A DNA stretch of 64,000 nucleotides. Source: an uncultured cyanobacterium (GTDB taxonomy: Bacteria; Cyanobacteriota; Cyanobacteriia; Cyanobacteriales; Nostocaceae). The stretch is from contig CAVUDP010000004.1 in NCBI GenBank assembly GCA_963740315.1, positions 973,415 to 1,037,414 of the forward strand, written 5' to 3'. Both the position numbers and the translations under genes were made by a program. Below the pieces are notes generated by a model. That model worked only from the letters and a program-made list of their open reading frames with translations. It did no database searches and was not told where the DNA came from. Numbering within the stretch: position 1 is the first letter of the stretch; each line of letters starts with the position of its first letter. Below are positions 20,860 to 31,571 of this stretch, in pieces.

Positions 20860-21437
20860 CAGTAATTTTGTAGGGTGCTGTCACGGCACAAATATGTATG
20901 ATATTAGGTTATAAAATTCAAAATATTGTTTTGATTTTCAATTTCATTTGAACGCAAAAAAAAATTAAACAGGGTGAAAATATGCGATAATTCAATAAAG
21001 TAAATAGTAGGTTTTTTTATAATGGGATGTAAGCAAAATTTTTATGGCAGGCAAGCCTCCCCATTATTAAAAAAACCTTCATATGAAAGATAATACCACG
21101 AAACAACTAATAATAAAAAAATTTTTGGTATCTATATTTAAATTTTTTCGGCTATTAAATATACAAAACGAAGTAAAAAGTAAGTAATTATCTCATTATA
21201 ATGGGGATTATATTAGATGTGCTTGTAATAAATTAAACCTATACTTAATTAAATAAGAGAGGAGAGGATTAAGAAGGTAATCGCTTAACTTAAGTTAATT
21301 AAAAAATGGAATCTATTTAAAAGGTTTGTGAACAATTAATGGTGCGTTACGGCATTATTACAATAATAATATTTTAATCAAATTATCAGAGCCATAACAC
21401 ACCCTACTGTTAACTGCTCACTGTTAACTGCTCACTG

Positions 21438-24400
21438 TTAATGCATTCCACAAAATGGATCTCTTTCGGCTTCTACGTTGGTAGATTGTGGTTGCAAGGT
21501 ATCTCTAAAAATGCAACCTTCTTGTTTGAGAAATTCGGGATTTGTAGATGTCCAATAAGGTACTTCAAAGGGATGTACGCGCAATGTTCCTTTAAAATCT
21601 AAGGTTACATAATAACGACAAGGGTATTCGCTGCTAACAATTGGTTGTGGTAGCTCTCCAATTAACTCCCATGTATTAGATTGCGGATTGCGGAATTGAA
21701 AATAAAATGTGTGTTTTCCGCTGGCTGGAAATGGTGGAAGTTCGGCTATTAAACCGATGGTTTGCGGTTGAGTTGTATCGTTTTCGTAGCGAAATACTCT
21801 TAATTCTTTGCTATAGTCTTTATTAGCTTTAAATAATACTGTATGTGCGTCGGTTTTTAATGCGTTTGCTGCTTCGACGACGTTAACTGCTATGTCGCAG
21901 ATTACTTGTGAATCGTCGGTGATTAGTTCTTGATTTCCTATTGCTTTTGCTGCGTCTATGCTGGGAATATTTATTGGTATTAAATAGTGGGGTATGCCGC
22001 GACAAAGTAATAGATCGATGTCCAGTTTTTGATTGATTTCAAATTGAACTTTGATATTATTTTTAAAGTCGTCTTCGGTGATTCCCAATTTTTTCATTAA
22101 AGCGTCACCGTTGAAGCTTCCCCATAACTGTAACTTCATTTTTTCAAAGTCTTGTCTTCTGACGTTATTGGTTAACTGCATTCCTAACCAATTGCTGCGT
22201 AATTTTGCCATTCCTTCTTCGGCTTTGAGTTGGTAAAGTTCTTGCCCAGCGTGAAAAATTGGTACTGGACTTCCACCGATTACTTCTCTAACGAAGGAGC
22301 AAGGTAAAAAGTAAAATAAGTTTTTGACATCAATATAAAGTTGATTTGCACCTTTTCTGAGTAAATCTTTAGACTCTTGCGGAGAAAAGCTTAATTGACG
22401 GAGTTTTTCAGCAAAGCAAGCTCCGGCGGATGTGGCTAATTTAGTGTATTCTGGTTCAAAGGTGACTCTTTCTTCATTCCAAACAAAGTAATCGGATTTA
22501 CTAAATACTCGGTAAAGTTCGCGTTCGACTAGTTCTAAGTTACAGGTTTTACCTGATAAAATTAACCAGTCTACCTGTTCTTTTTTAGCTTTCTCATCGT
22601 CCTGTTCGATTAAATTTATTTCGCTGACAAACCTAGATTTAAAAGCATTTTCAATTAACCCGGAAGCGATACCGACTGCTTCTTGAATTACGGGGGAAGC
22701 AGCTTTATCGAATTGTTCTCCGGTTAAGGTGACGCTGATTTTTTCAAGTACGTCTGTGGGTAATTGAATATCGTTTTGAGAAAGTAATTCTGATATTTGC
22801 TGTCCATCTAAAACAAATATTGCTTCTGGGATATCAGTTACAAGAAAACGTTTTTGTCCCAAAGCTAACTTGGCATTTTCAGCGTGTTCCCAAAGATCGT
22901 AAAATGTTTGAGAGCGGGATGAACGATTTTTCCAACGGGTAGGTAAAACTTTTTCAGCGTCGTTTAAAGCTTCTTTATAAGTATCACCTTCGCGAATTTC
23001 TTTATCTACACAAGCTAACAGCGAACCTTTGCGATATTTACCGTTATCTAAAAAGCGGCTCTGTAACTCTTCCGGCTGTACTTTCAATACATCTCTGGGT
23101 AAAATATCATCTGCAACAGCACTTAAAAGAGAATCAGCGATCGCCACTTTTAAAAGTAAAAATAATCGCAGCGAAATCAATTCCCCACCTAACTGTAAAT
23201 GCCCTGAAGATCCTAACAGTTTTGGTGTAAGTTTATAATAACGTCCCCCATCACCTCTATCTTCGGTAGGTTCAAAAGGATCAATTTCTTCTAAAGTCAA
23301 TCTAATTAAAGCTAAATCGGTAGTTCCCCCACCAATATCCAATACTAAAACATTTTGCCACCATTTATTTCCATCGTGACGACAGCGACTTTTAAAAGAT
23401 TCGATACCTAAATTCAAATCGCCACCAAATTCTTGCCATAAAAAGAAGATAGCTGCCGAAACTGCTTCATCGTAAGCCATTTGTACGTCTTCGATACCCA
23501 GCTTCTTCACTAAACTTTCGATTTCCCGACGGATAAACGGGGAAGCAATTGTCGGATATGTCAAAACTGCACGATAAAAATTGCCATCGCTGCATTTGCC
23601 GGGATAGCGCTGACGATATTTCTGGGTTAAATCAATTAACTCAGCGTAAGCAGCCTGCAAAAGTTGATTTACTGGAATAGTATCTTCCTTACCATCCAAA
23701 CTTATATCAAAACTGCGCTCTTGACCAAAATAACGTTTGGGAGAATGCAAAAAACGTCCGTCAATTCCTTCACCTTGCTTAATCGCATCCAACCTGTGCT
23801 GATATGCTTGTTCCCCCAACATCACCTTTACCTTTGCTGGATCTTGAGTTGGTAAAGAAGGTTCTAAATTAATCACCTCCAACTCCGAAGGAATTTCATT
23901 TAAGCGTCTATCTTTATCTAACTCAACGGGTAACAAACTTTGCCATTCCAAAGCCGGAACTCGAAAAACTTGATGATAAATTTGATTTAATCTTTTACTA
24001 GCAGCACGACGGAACCATCCCAAACGCTTGCTCAGACAGATTTCTATTTCTCGAATCGCTTCTAAAAGTTGCTCTCCTCGTAAAAGCTGTAAATTAGCTG
24101 GATTAAAATCCTCCAAGTTTTTACTGAGGTGAGAGAATAACTTTTGCCACTCAGCATCCCAAACATCGCGACCAATACCCGGTACCTCATCCACAGGGCG
24201 TTGCGTCAACCAAAACGCCAAATTTTCGCTTAACTTTTCCTCTTGTTCGCTGGGTAAAGTATGGGGAGTAACAATCACCTTTGGATCGTAAAGCGTCACC
24301 GTAGAATTAGAAGTACCAAAATCGATCGCAAACCAACCGGGATAAGTTATATCAGATTTTTCCGAAATAACCGATGAAGAGTGATTCAGAATAGGGGTTT

Positions 24401-24869
24401 CGCCGATCATATCTTGATTGGTAATTTCTTCAGCAAGTTCCGGATTTCTCCAGCGAGCATTTTCCTCAGCAAAAGTCCACATATTGCAATCAGCCGCAGC
24501 AGTTTTTTTAACAGATAAAATTGCCGTACCCGTATCATCAGCATCGAAATACTCAGCAGTTACCCGCAAAGTCAAATTCAGCCCTTTGGTTAAAGGTTCA
24601 TTCCAGATGCAATCATTTTGTCTCAACCGCTGCGGAGAAGTAAGTTTAAGTAATTTATCGGTACTAAAGCTAACACTTTTATAAGCCGATTCTATTTGTT
24701 GAGCTAATTGCGATCGCTGTCCCAAAACCTTAATTTCAATCGAAGAAATAAACGGAGAATTAGGACTATCAACAGGTTTTATCTCAACAACCGGCAACAA
24801 TAAAAGTAACGGATCGGTTTCCTTAGTACGCAATTGATAACGACTGAAAAGTTCAATTTTGACAGGCAT
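21438..24869 (-). CDS. Large Hsp70/actin-fold ATPase (virulence factor SrfB-like)
   Basis: FAIDFGTSNS (phosphate 1), YDEAVSAA (connect 1), LDIGGGTTD (phosphate 2), LSGKT (adenosine); 1143 aa without a DnaK substrate-binding domain. Confidence 0.8.
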   Translation of the reverse strand: MPVKIELFSRYQLRTKETDPLLLLLPVVEIKPVDSPNSPFISSIEIKVLGQRSQLAQQIESAYKSVSFSTDKLLKLTSPQRLRQNDCIWNEPLTKGLNLTLRVTAEYFDADDTGTAILSVKKTAAADCNMWTFAEENARWRNPELAEEITNQDMIGETPILNHSSSVISEKSDITYPGWFAIDFGTSNSTVTLYDPKVIVTPHTLPSEQEEKLSENLAFWLTQRPVDEVPGIGRDVWDAEWQKLFSHLSKNLEDFNPANLQLLRGEQLLEAIREIEICLSKRLGWFRRAASKRLNQIYHQVFRVPALEWQSLLPVELDKDRRLNEIPSELEVINLEPSLPTQDPAKVKVMLGEQAYQHRLDAIKQGEGIDGRFLHSPKRYFGQERSFDISLDGKEDTIPVNQLLQAAYAELIDLTQKYRQRYPGKCSDGNFYRAVLTYPTIASPFIRREIESLVKKLGIEDVQMAYDEAVSAAIFFLWQEFGGDLNLGIESFKSRCRHDGNKWWQNVLVLDIGGGTTDLALIRLTLEEIDPFEPTEDRGDGGRYYKLTPKLLGSSGHLQLGGELISLRLFLLLKVAIADSLLSAVADDILPRDVLKVQPEELQSRFLDNGKYRKGSLLACVDKEIREGDTYKEALNDAEKVLPTRWKNRSSRSQTFYDLWEHAENAKLALGQKRFLVTDIPEAIFVLDGQQISELLSQNDIQLPTDVLEKISVTLTGEQFDKAASPVIQEAVGIASGLIENAFKSRFVSEINLIEQDDEKAKKEQVDWLILSGKTCNLELVERELYRVFSKSDYFVWNEERVTFEPEYTKLATSAGACFAEKLRQLSFSPQESKDLLRKGANQLYIDVKNLFYFLPCSFVREVIGGSPVPIFHAGQELYQLKAEEGMAKLRSNWLGMQLTNNVRRQDFEKMKLQLWGSFNGDALMKKLGITEDDFKNNIKVQFEINQKLDIDLLLCRGIPHYLIPINIPSIDAAKAIGNQELITDDSQVICDIAVNVVEAANALKTDAHTVLFKANKDYSKELRVFRYENDTTQPQTIGLIAELPPFPASGKHTFYFQFRNPQSNTWELIGELPQPIVSSEYPCRYYVTLDFKGTLRVHPFEVPYWTSTNPEFLKQEGCIFRDTLQPQSTNVEAERDPFCGMH

Positions 24870-25175
24870 ATTTTATGTGAGAGGGGGTAGAGGGGGGAGA
24901 GGGGGTAGAGAGGGGAGAGGAATTAGGAGTTATGAGTTAGGAGTTGCTTTTTTCTCTAAAACTACTTATATCTCTTAAATTCTTATTTCTGTGTCCTCTG
25001 CGTCTAGTAAGGTTTTATTAATCAGTAATCTTCCGGTAAAAAAGGAGTTAGGAATTAAGACTTTTAATGTAGAGACGTAGCACTGCGGAGTCTTCTTATA
25101 GTTATGAATTCAAACCTGCTAATTTTTCATTGTTTACTGATAACTGCTCACTGCTCACTGCTCACTGTTAACTGA

Positions 25176-27737
25176 CTACTCCGGATAAGAAATAACAGTA
25201 ATTCGCTTCATAGTATCCAACCATTCAGGGGTAGAAGCAGAAGTAGTTTCTTCCGCTGAAGCAATATATCTCAACAACGGCTCATGTTTTGATTTTAAAA
25301 GTTCTTGTAAACTATCAACTATCTCCTTCAATGCCATTGAAAAGGAACCTTTAACTTGTTTTGTTAATTCGCTGACGTATTGAATCAAATGTAATCCCGC
25401 ACTTGCAGTAATTTCATCCCGCAATCTCAACACGGCAATTTGATGGTTAAATGGTCTTGGTGGTACTGAAAATTGTTTGTCGGGACTCCAATCAAATATT
25501 TGTCCTTTTTGATGTTGTGCGTCTTTTCTTGCTAAAGGAAATAAACTATCAGCATTTATCGGTACTGCACTATTAGCCAATCCGCTGTGTTGAATAATTA
25601 AGTTTTGCCATTTATTAGTTGGATCGATCGCTCGCAACAAATATCTATATAAACGAGTTTCTCTCTTGCCAAATTTCTCCTGAATTCGCTGTTCTAATTG
25701 TGGCTGAATTATTTCTTTAATTTTATTCCGCTCTAACTGTACTTCTACTGCTAATTTGTTGAATAAATCTTTCACCGTTTCCGCAGTTCTTTCATGAGCG
25801 AAAGACTGCATTTCGTTAACTGTTTTAACGAAGGAATTATAAAAATCGTCGCTTTGAGTGGGAATTGCATCTTCCTCTTCGTCTTCTTCAAAGATGCTGG
25901 CATTTTTGGTAAACGTAATCGTGCCGTTTTTCGTCCTATCAAATAATAAAGTCCATTCGCTCCACTCAAAAAAGATTTTATTAGTTAACTCATCTTTGAC
26001 AACATCGCTCAAAGTCGATCCAGTACGATTTTTTAACATCGGCTGTTTTTCTAAATCTTCCTGAAAATGCCGATATGTTGTCACCAAATTCTCTACTTTT
26101 TCCCGTAACTCCAAAAAAGCGGGATTTTCCACCACCGGAATATAAGCGGGAATCTGTTCTAATACAGCTTTTAAATTATTTTGCTCCTTCATTACAGTTT
26201 CCGCAGCCCTTTGCGTATCTTCCAAAAGCTGCTTCATTCCATGCTGCCCGACATGATCTTTGAGTAGCGATCGCAATCGACTTACCCCACCGTCTTCGGC
26301 ATAATCGCTCAACTGTTTATGCAAAGTACTTGACTGCGGTAACATCTCCCCCAACTTGCGCCATTTTTCCCGCAACTCAACTTCATCAGCTTGATTCGGC
26401 TTTTCTAAATCCGGTAAAAACTCTGGGGAACAAACTTGTATCAACGAAGAATATTGCGCTTGCTTAGTCAATCCGTAAAGCTGCGACAGTAAAACAATAT
26501 TTTTCTTCTCAGTAGTCAAATTACTCGCACTAGCAAGAGTTAGATAAAGAATTCTCAGCTTTTCTAAAACAGCTTCTTCCGATAATAAAGGTTCATCCAA
26601 AACCTCATCGATCGCTAACATATCGCGACTTGACAAAGGAAGCTGATTAAACCTTCCCATACCAACGATAATTCTATCCCTTAAATCTTGCCCCTTATCT
26701 CGTTCCAACATACTGCGAATTTTCGCTGCTGTTACTCCCCCCGGATATCTACCGTTGAGCAACAGTAAAATCGTTTGTACCTCAGTCAATTCCCGCAGCG
26801 ATAAAAAAGTATCCCTGATACCCGAATCAGCCGCACCCAAACCGGGAAAATCTAACAATACAAACTCATTCGTTCCCTGTAAACCCGATAAATCCCATAT
26901 CTGTTTCGATACTTCAACCGTAATATCTATCCGTCGAATCAACGAGAAACTATTGTGTAAATCCCTCGCTGAAGGCTGCGCGAAAGTTTCCCAACGCTTC
27001 GGAGATGCAGGTAAATCCCGAAACTTTAACTCCAAAATATTCATTGGGGGTTCAGCCAGTCTCAACCCCTTATTTGCCGTAAAATGGTCAATTTCGTAAT
27101 TTCTACCGCAGATATCTTTCCCGTAAGCGCTATAGGTGCGAACGAATACCACCACTTCCCGTAACAAAGCTCGCAATTCCAAACTTTGGGTTTGATTCCA
27201 TGCTTGCTCGCACCAAGTTAAAATTCCATTGGTATCTACGAAACTTGTCGGATATAAACTTTTTAAAGTGGCTAAAGGTGCTGCGGGTACTTCCGCCAAC
27301 TTTGCTCTACCTTCCACCACCTTGAGCATAAAACCCAAACATTCTTTTACCCCTTCATGGGAAAGATACTCTACCGTAAATTTACTTACCTTTGTTGTCT
27401 GTAATTCGGGTTGCTGTACCAAATGAATCGCAGTTACATTACCCGTAGAAGGAGTTTCGCTAACTGGTAAAGCATCCGCAAAACCGATTAAACTGCCAAT
27501 TAGTAGAGTTTTTCCGCTGCTGAATTCCCCCATCACACCAATTTTGACAGGAGAAGAAGCCAACTCCACCGTAGAGCGGGCAGACTGTACCAGACGCTGA
27601 ATGTTTTCATGGATACTCGTGGGCACCCAATCTTCTTGAGGTGGTGGATTTTCCGAAACCAACTCCAAACTTTGAAGCACCGATTCCGCATACTCCTTAT
27701 AGCGGCGTAATTTCTCTACTGCTATATCACTTTTCAT
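25176..27737 (-). CDS. Dynamin-like GTPase (SrfC-like)
   Basis: G1 GEFSSGKT, G2 ETPST, G3 LDFPG; long helical C-terminus; 853 aa. Confidence 0.82.
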   Translation of the reverse strand: MKSDIAVEKLRRYKEYAESVLQSLELVSENPPPQEDWVPTSIHENIQRLVQSARSTVELASSPVKIGVMGEFSSGKTLLIGSLIGFADALPVSETPSTGNVTAIHLVQQPELQTTKVSKFTVEYLSHEGVKECLGFMLKVVEGRAKLAEVPAAPLATLKSLYPTSFVDTNGILTWCEQAWNQTQSLELRALLREVVVFVRTYSAYGKDICGRNYEIDHFTANKGLRLAEPPMNILELKFRDLPASPKRWETFAQPSARDLHNSFSLIRRIDITVEVSKQIWDLSGLQGTNEFVLLDFPGLGAADSGIRDTFLSLRELTEVQTILLLLNGRYPGGVTAAKIRSMLERDKGQDLRDRIIVGMGRFNQLPLSSRDMLAIDEVLDEPLLSEEAVLEKLRILYLTLASASNLTTEKKNIVLLSQLYGLTKQAQYSSLIQVCSPEFLPDLEKPNQADEVELREKWRKLGEMLPQSSTLHKQLSDYAEDGGVSRLRSLLKDHVGQHGMKQLLEDTQRAAETVMKEQNNLKAVLEQIPAYIPVVENPAFLELREKVENLVTTYRHFQEDLEKQPMLKNRTGSTLSDVVKDELTNKIFFEWSEWTLLFDRTKNGTITFTKNASIFEEDEEEDAIPTQSDDFYNSFVKTVNEMQSFAHERTAETVKDLFNKLAVEVQLERNKIKEIIQPQLEQRIQEKFGKRETRLYRYLLRAIDPTNKWQNLIIQHSGLANSAVPINADSLFPLARKDAQHQKGQIFDWSPDKQFSVPPRPFNHQIAVLRLRDEITASAGLHLIQYVSELTKQVKGSFSMALKEIVDSLQELLKSKHEPLLRYIASAEETTSASTPEWLDTMKRITVISYPE

Positions 27738-28410
27738 ACTTGCTCCCCATTCACGCAGAGATTATTTTTTCACGATATTTTGGTAGATGGCAGCGATCGC
27801 ATGGTGCGGGTAAATTACTTTAAATGATAATAAATGATAAGTTTTGACCCTAAACCATAAATTACGGCATTATTTACCGCTTGTAGACTTTAAAAATTAA
27901 ATTAACGTTTCAAATAAATTATTACCACTATTTGGTACTAAAATAACGAACAATAAGTTTTTGTTTGATTTTAACAATACAAATTAATTTTTTGGTCAGG
28001 ATTTATTCATTAATTAATTTAATCATTTTGACCGCGATTTCATCTGATACCGTACCCGACAATATATTTTTATACATAATTAAATCTGTAGATAAATGAA
28101 ATAAATTTGACATTATAGGTTTAGTTAGGATTGACGATAACAATAAGTACGGTCATGGCAAATGCTATCATTATTTACACTAAACTAACTGCCAGATTGG
28201 CAAATATTTATTTACAAAAAGTCCTGTTTTAGGTTGGGTTAGACGCAGGAGTTAATTTATTCTTGATTTATAGTGTAAAAGCTGAGTAACCCAACATCGA
28301 GTTTTGGTTGAAGCGTATTGTTTGGTTGGGTGTTAAATATTGAATTTGTTTGAATTATTTTGTTTAGCCTGACACAACCTACGAACTGATAAAAAACCGC
28401 AGAAACGCAG

Positions 28411-28457
28411 CGAAAAGTGTGGTCTTGGGGGTTTCCCCCATGAACAACTTTTCAAGA
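28411..28457. mobile_element. Short MITE-like insertion
   Basis: GAAAAGT...GGGGGTTTCCCCC...ACTTTTC hairpin present in one copy of the duplication and absent at the equivalent site near 29120. Confidence 0.6.
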
Positions 28458-28725
28458 GAGAGAGCGCAGAGGAAAGAAGTTTCATAGAAATAGTAATTAG
28501 CGATCGCCTTATCTAAGCATCACATAAAGTCCGATTGTAGGTTGGGTATTACGCACGAATCAATTGATTTTTGATTTATAGCGATCGAGCGTCGTAACCC
28601 AACATCAACGTTTTGGTTAAAGCGTAAAATATTGAAATTGTTTGAATTATTTTGTTTAACCTTTTAGAAATAGTGAGTCAGTTGCTGGGGTCGGTTTCCG
28701 TTCCAGCAAACTGACGAACCCGAAG

Positions 28726-28911
28726 GATCAGGCGATCGCATCTGCAAGTTCTGATAGCACGATTATTGTCTGGGATTTACAGCAAATTTTCACTCTTGAT
28801 ACCTTAGTATATGGCTGTAATTGGGTGCGTGATTATTTACAAACAAATGTAGAAGTAGAAAAAGGCGATGCCTACGGTGGGTTGCACCAACGGACCGATC
28901 TTTGTCCTTGA
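28726..28911 (+). pseudogene. C-terminal remnant of a WD40-repeat protein
   Basis: Manual translation AIASASSDSTIIVWDLQQ...YGCNWVRDYLQTN...DLCP*; no start codon. Confidence 0.7.
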
Positions 28912-29431
28912 TGAGTATGTGCTTGGCTGTTTGAGTAACATCCATGCAAGAAATGTCGAAGCGGCTGAATTTTAGAATTAGATACTTATTAAATTGATAT
29001 TTAATTTATTAGTTTGGCATCACGAACCAATTTGTTTGAATTATTGTGTTTAGTTTTCCAGATTGTGTTGCGTTTCCTGACACAACCCACTAACTGAGAA
29101 AAAAACCGGCTCTAGACGCAGAGAGCGCAGAAGAAAGAAATTTCATAGAGATAGTAATTAGCGATCGCCTTATCTGAGCTTCACATAAAAAAATCTTGTA
29201 GGTTGGGTTAGACGCACGAATAAATTTATTATTGACCAAGAGTGTAGAAGCGTCGTAACCCAACATCCGGGTTTTGGTTGAAACGTATTATTTGGTTGGG
29301 TGTTAAATATTGAATTTGTTTGAATTATTTTGTTGAGCTTTCGAGATTGTGTTGGGTTATGCCTCCGGCACACAAGCGCGGTGTTCACGAAGTGTAAGCG
29401 AAGCGCTACGTTCCTCAACCCAACCTACGAA

Positions 29432-29884
29432 CTAGGAATTCCTAATAGTTCCATCTTCCATAATAGTGTTTTTGTAAATAGCTTCGTAAGAAATAACGTT
29501 ATCCATGTCGGCTCCTCTGAAGTCAGCATGACTCAAGTTAGATCCTTGCAAATCAACACCTCTCAAGTCGGCTCCATGCAATTCGGCTCCAATCAAATTG
29601 CAATTACGGAGGCTGGCTCCGAACAAACAAGCTCCTTGCAGTTGAACTCCCTGCAAATCAGCACCATCCAAAATAGCTCCATCGAGAGAAGCTCCCCTCA
29701 AATGAGCGTTACTCAAGTTAGCATTAACCAAGGAAACGTAGCACAGACAAGCTCCACTCAAATCGACTTTTCTCAAATTGATGCCATCAAGAACCTCGCC
29801 TTCTTTAACCCTAATCCCAGCAAAATACTTCTCCCTAGCAGCAATTCTTCTATGCAATTCTTCAGCAGTAATTTCCATAACCAT
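29432..29884 (-). CDS. Pentapeptide repeat protein
   Basis: A(D/N)LxG repeats throughout; start may be 29878. Confidence 0.9.
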   Translation of the reverse strand: MVMEITAEELHRRIAAREKYFAGIRVKEGEVLDGINLRKVDLSGACLCYVSLVNANLSNAHLRGASLDGAILDGADLQGVQLQGACLFGASLRNCNLIGAELHGADLRGVDLQGSNLSHADFRGADMDNVISYEAIYKNTIMEDGTIRNS

Positions 29885-29995
29885 TCTTAAAAACTTGGAT
29901 AAAATTAAATTTTATTTATCTTTTTAGTCCATTTTAATGGACTTTCACTATTAGACGGGGAATTGCATTCCCCGTCGGGTGGGCAATATAAACCC

Positions 29996-30028
29996 AAAAA
30001 AAACCGGACATCTTCACGACATCCGGTT
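29996..30028 (-). terminator. Probable terminator of the cox2 gene cluster
   Basis: ACCGGA..TCCGGT stem with G-U pairs followed by T8 on the minus strand. Confidence 0.55.
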
Positions 30029-30068
30029 CCAAACTAAATTCTATTTACCAATTACCAATTCCCTAAAA

Positions 30069-30509
30069 TCAATGATGATGATCGTGCTTATGAGCGCAAC
30101 CTTGTAAATCCGTACTCATCAACTTTTGACTGACTTCTTGTAAAGCCTCATCTTTAGGTGTTAAACCAATCCAATTTTCAATAACTTGGGTATCGAAACC
30201 GACTTCACCGCGATAACCGACTTGAATTAAAGGACGACGAATTAATAACGGTTCCTCTAACATTAAATCTAAAGCAGTTTCCGCATCTACTTGTTCGGGG
30301 TTTATTTCACCAGATTTGATTCTAGGTGATGAACGGTTAAACCATTCTGCTACAGGGCGATTGTTGAAAAACCAGCGCAAACGCTCTTTAGTCCATTTTT
30401 CTTCTAATAAATTATGCGCTTCAACTTGATGTCCGGCTGCGGTTAATAGAGTTTTTTGTTTTGTATTATTTCGACAGCCAGTTTTCTCGTAAAATATTAC
30501 CTTTGCCAT
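30069..30509 (-). CDS. Nitrogenase-associated ArsC/Spx-family protein
   Basis: IFYEKTGCRNNTKQK, PLLIRRPL; start MAKVIF at 30509. Confidence 0.85.
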   Translation of the reverse strand: MAKVIFYEKTGCRNNTKQKTLLTAAGHQVEAHNLLEEKWTKERLRWFFNNRPVAEWFNRSSPRIKSGEINPEQVDAETALDLMLEEPLLIRRPLIQVGYRGEVGFDTQVIENWIGLTPKDEALQEVSQKLMSTDLQGCAHKHDHHH

Positions 30510-30729
30510 AATAATCTCCGTATCAGTTAACAGTGAGCAGTGAACAGTTATCAATTACCAGTTATTTTTTGGTAGTGAAAGTATATAACTCCTTGATGAC
30601 GAATAACTAGTGTTGTGTCCCATTAATTTTGACGGGTTTGTAGTAGGCGATTTATCGCTCGTAGGACTAAAGTCCCAACTACAAACCTCGCAAAACTTAT
30701 GTGGTAAACCACTAGAAACTGTTCATTGT

Positions 30730-31341
30730 TCAAAAATTCTTCGCAGTATGACGAACCGTATCAAATGCAAAACGTTCTTTCGATCTAGTTTCGCCGTATA
30801 AATTAAAAGTTACGGTTGGTTCGTCACTCATTGCTTCTACACTATGAATTGCACCCGGTGCGAAACTAACAATATCCCCAGGATTTAAAATAATTTCTGC
30901 TGCTGGTTCAATTTTGTCTGGATGTTCTGCGGTAGGATTTCGCTTCCAAATAATATTCTTTTCTTGTCCTTTTAATACTGCGACGATTCCCCAAATTCCG
31001 TGATTATGAATATTGGATTGCGTTCCTTTTGTGAAGGTAACAGTTTGTACTGTAAAAGGAAAACCCAACTCATCATATAAAAGTTTAACAGAAGTTCCGG
31101 TTTTAGTATCGGGTTCCGGATGTTGAGTTTTTATCCAATAAGAATTAACCAGCAATCGTCTTACTAATTGCCTAATTGCTGCTAGACAATTGCTTTCATC
31201 TAATTCTTTTTTAAGAATATCTTCTAATTCGGTAAGAAAGCGATAAAGACGATAATTCTCAGTAATTAAATCCCATGCTCTCGCAGATTTACAAGCTTGA
31301 TATTCACCATCTGCTGTTACAAGCCAGTCTTTTCCTTCCAT
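30730..31341 (-). CDS. Cupin / cysteine-dioxygenase-like protein
   Basis: IHNHGIWG...E and AIHSV cupin motifs. Confidence 0.82.
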   Translation of the reverse strand: MEGKDWLVTADGEYQACKSARAWDLITENYRLYRFLTELEDILKKELDESNCLAAIRQLVRRLLVNSYWIKTQHPEPDTKTGTSVKLLYDELGFPFTVQTVTFTKGTQSNIHNHGIWGIVAVLKGQEKNIIWKRNPTAEHPDKIEPAAEIILNPGDIVSFAPGAIHSVEAMSDEPTVTFNLYGETRSKERFAFDTVRHTAKNF

Positions 31342-31571
31342 AGATCAGTTAACAGTTATCAGTTATCAGTGAACAGTGAATAAGATTAAATATATAAATT
31401 CATCTTTATTATTAATTATTAACTCTTAACTCCTAACTCTTCATTGTCCTTTTCTGACGTTAGAGAGATCCAAAAAATAAAATATCGGGCTTTATCAAAT
31501 ACATTTCGGAGAAACAATTGAGTGGTGGGGGTTCCGCCTTTGTTTGGAGCGGAACCCTTCCTCTGGATATT

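Larger units (their letters stand above)
28228..29430. repeat. Composite repeat region: three GTAGGTTGGG/AACCCAAC REP-like units and a diverged ~300-bp direct duplication
   Basis: Similar blocks begin at about 28228, 28538 and 29198; about 28346-28660 is repeated at about 29032-29340. Confidence 0.75.

Noticed and set aside
29330..29890. 186-aa Ser/Gln-rich + strand ORF
   Set aside because: Antisense shadow of the pentapeptide repeat gene
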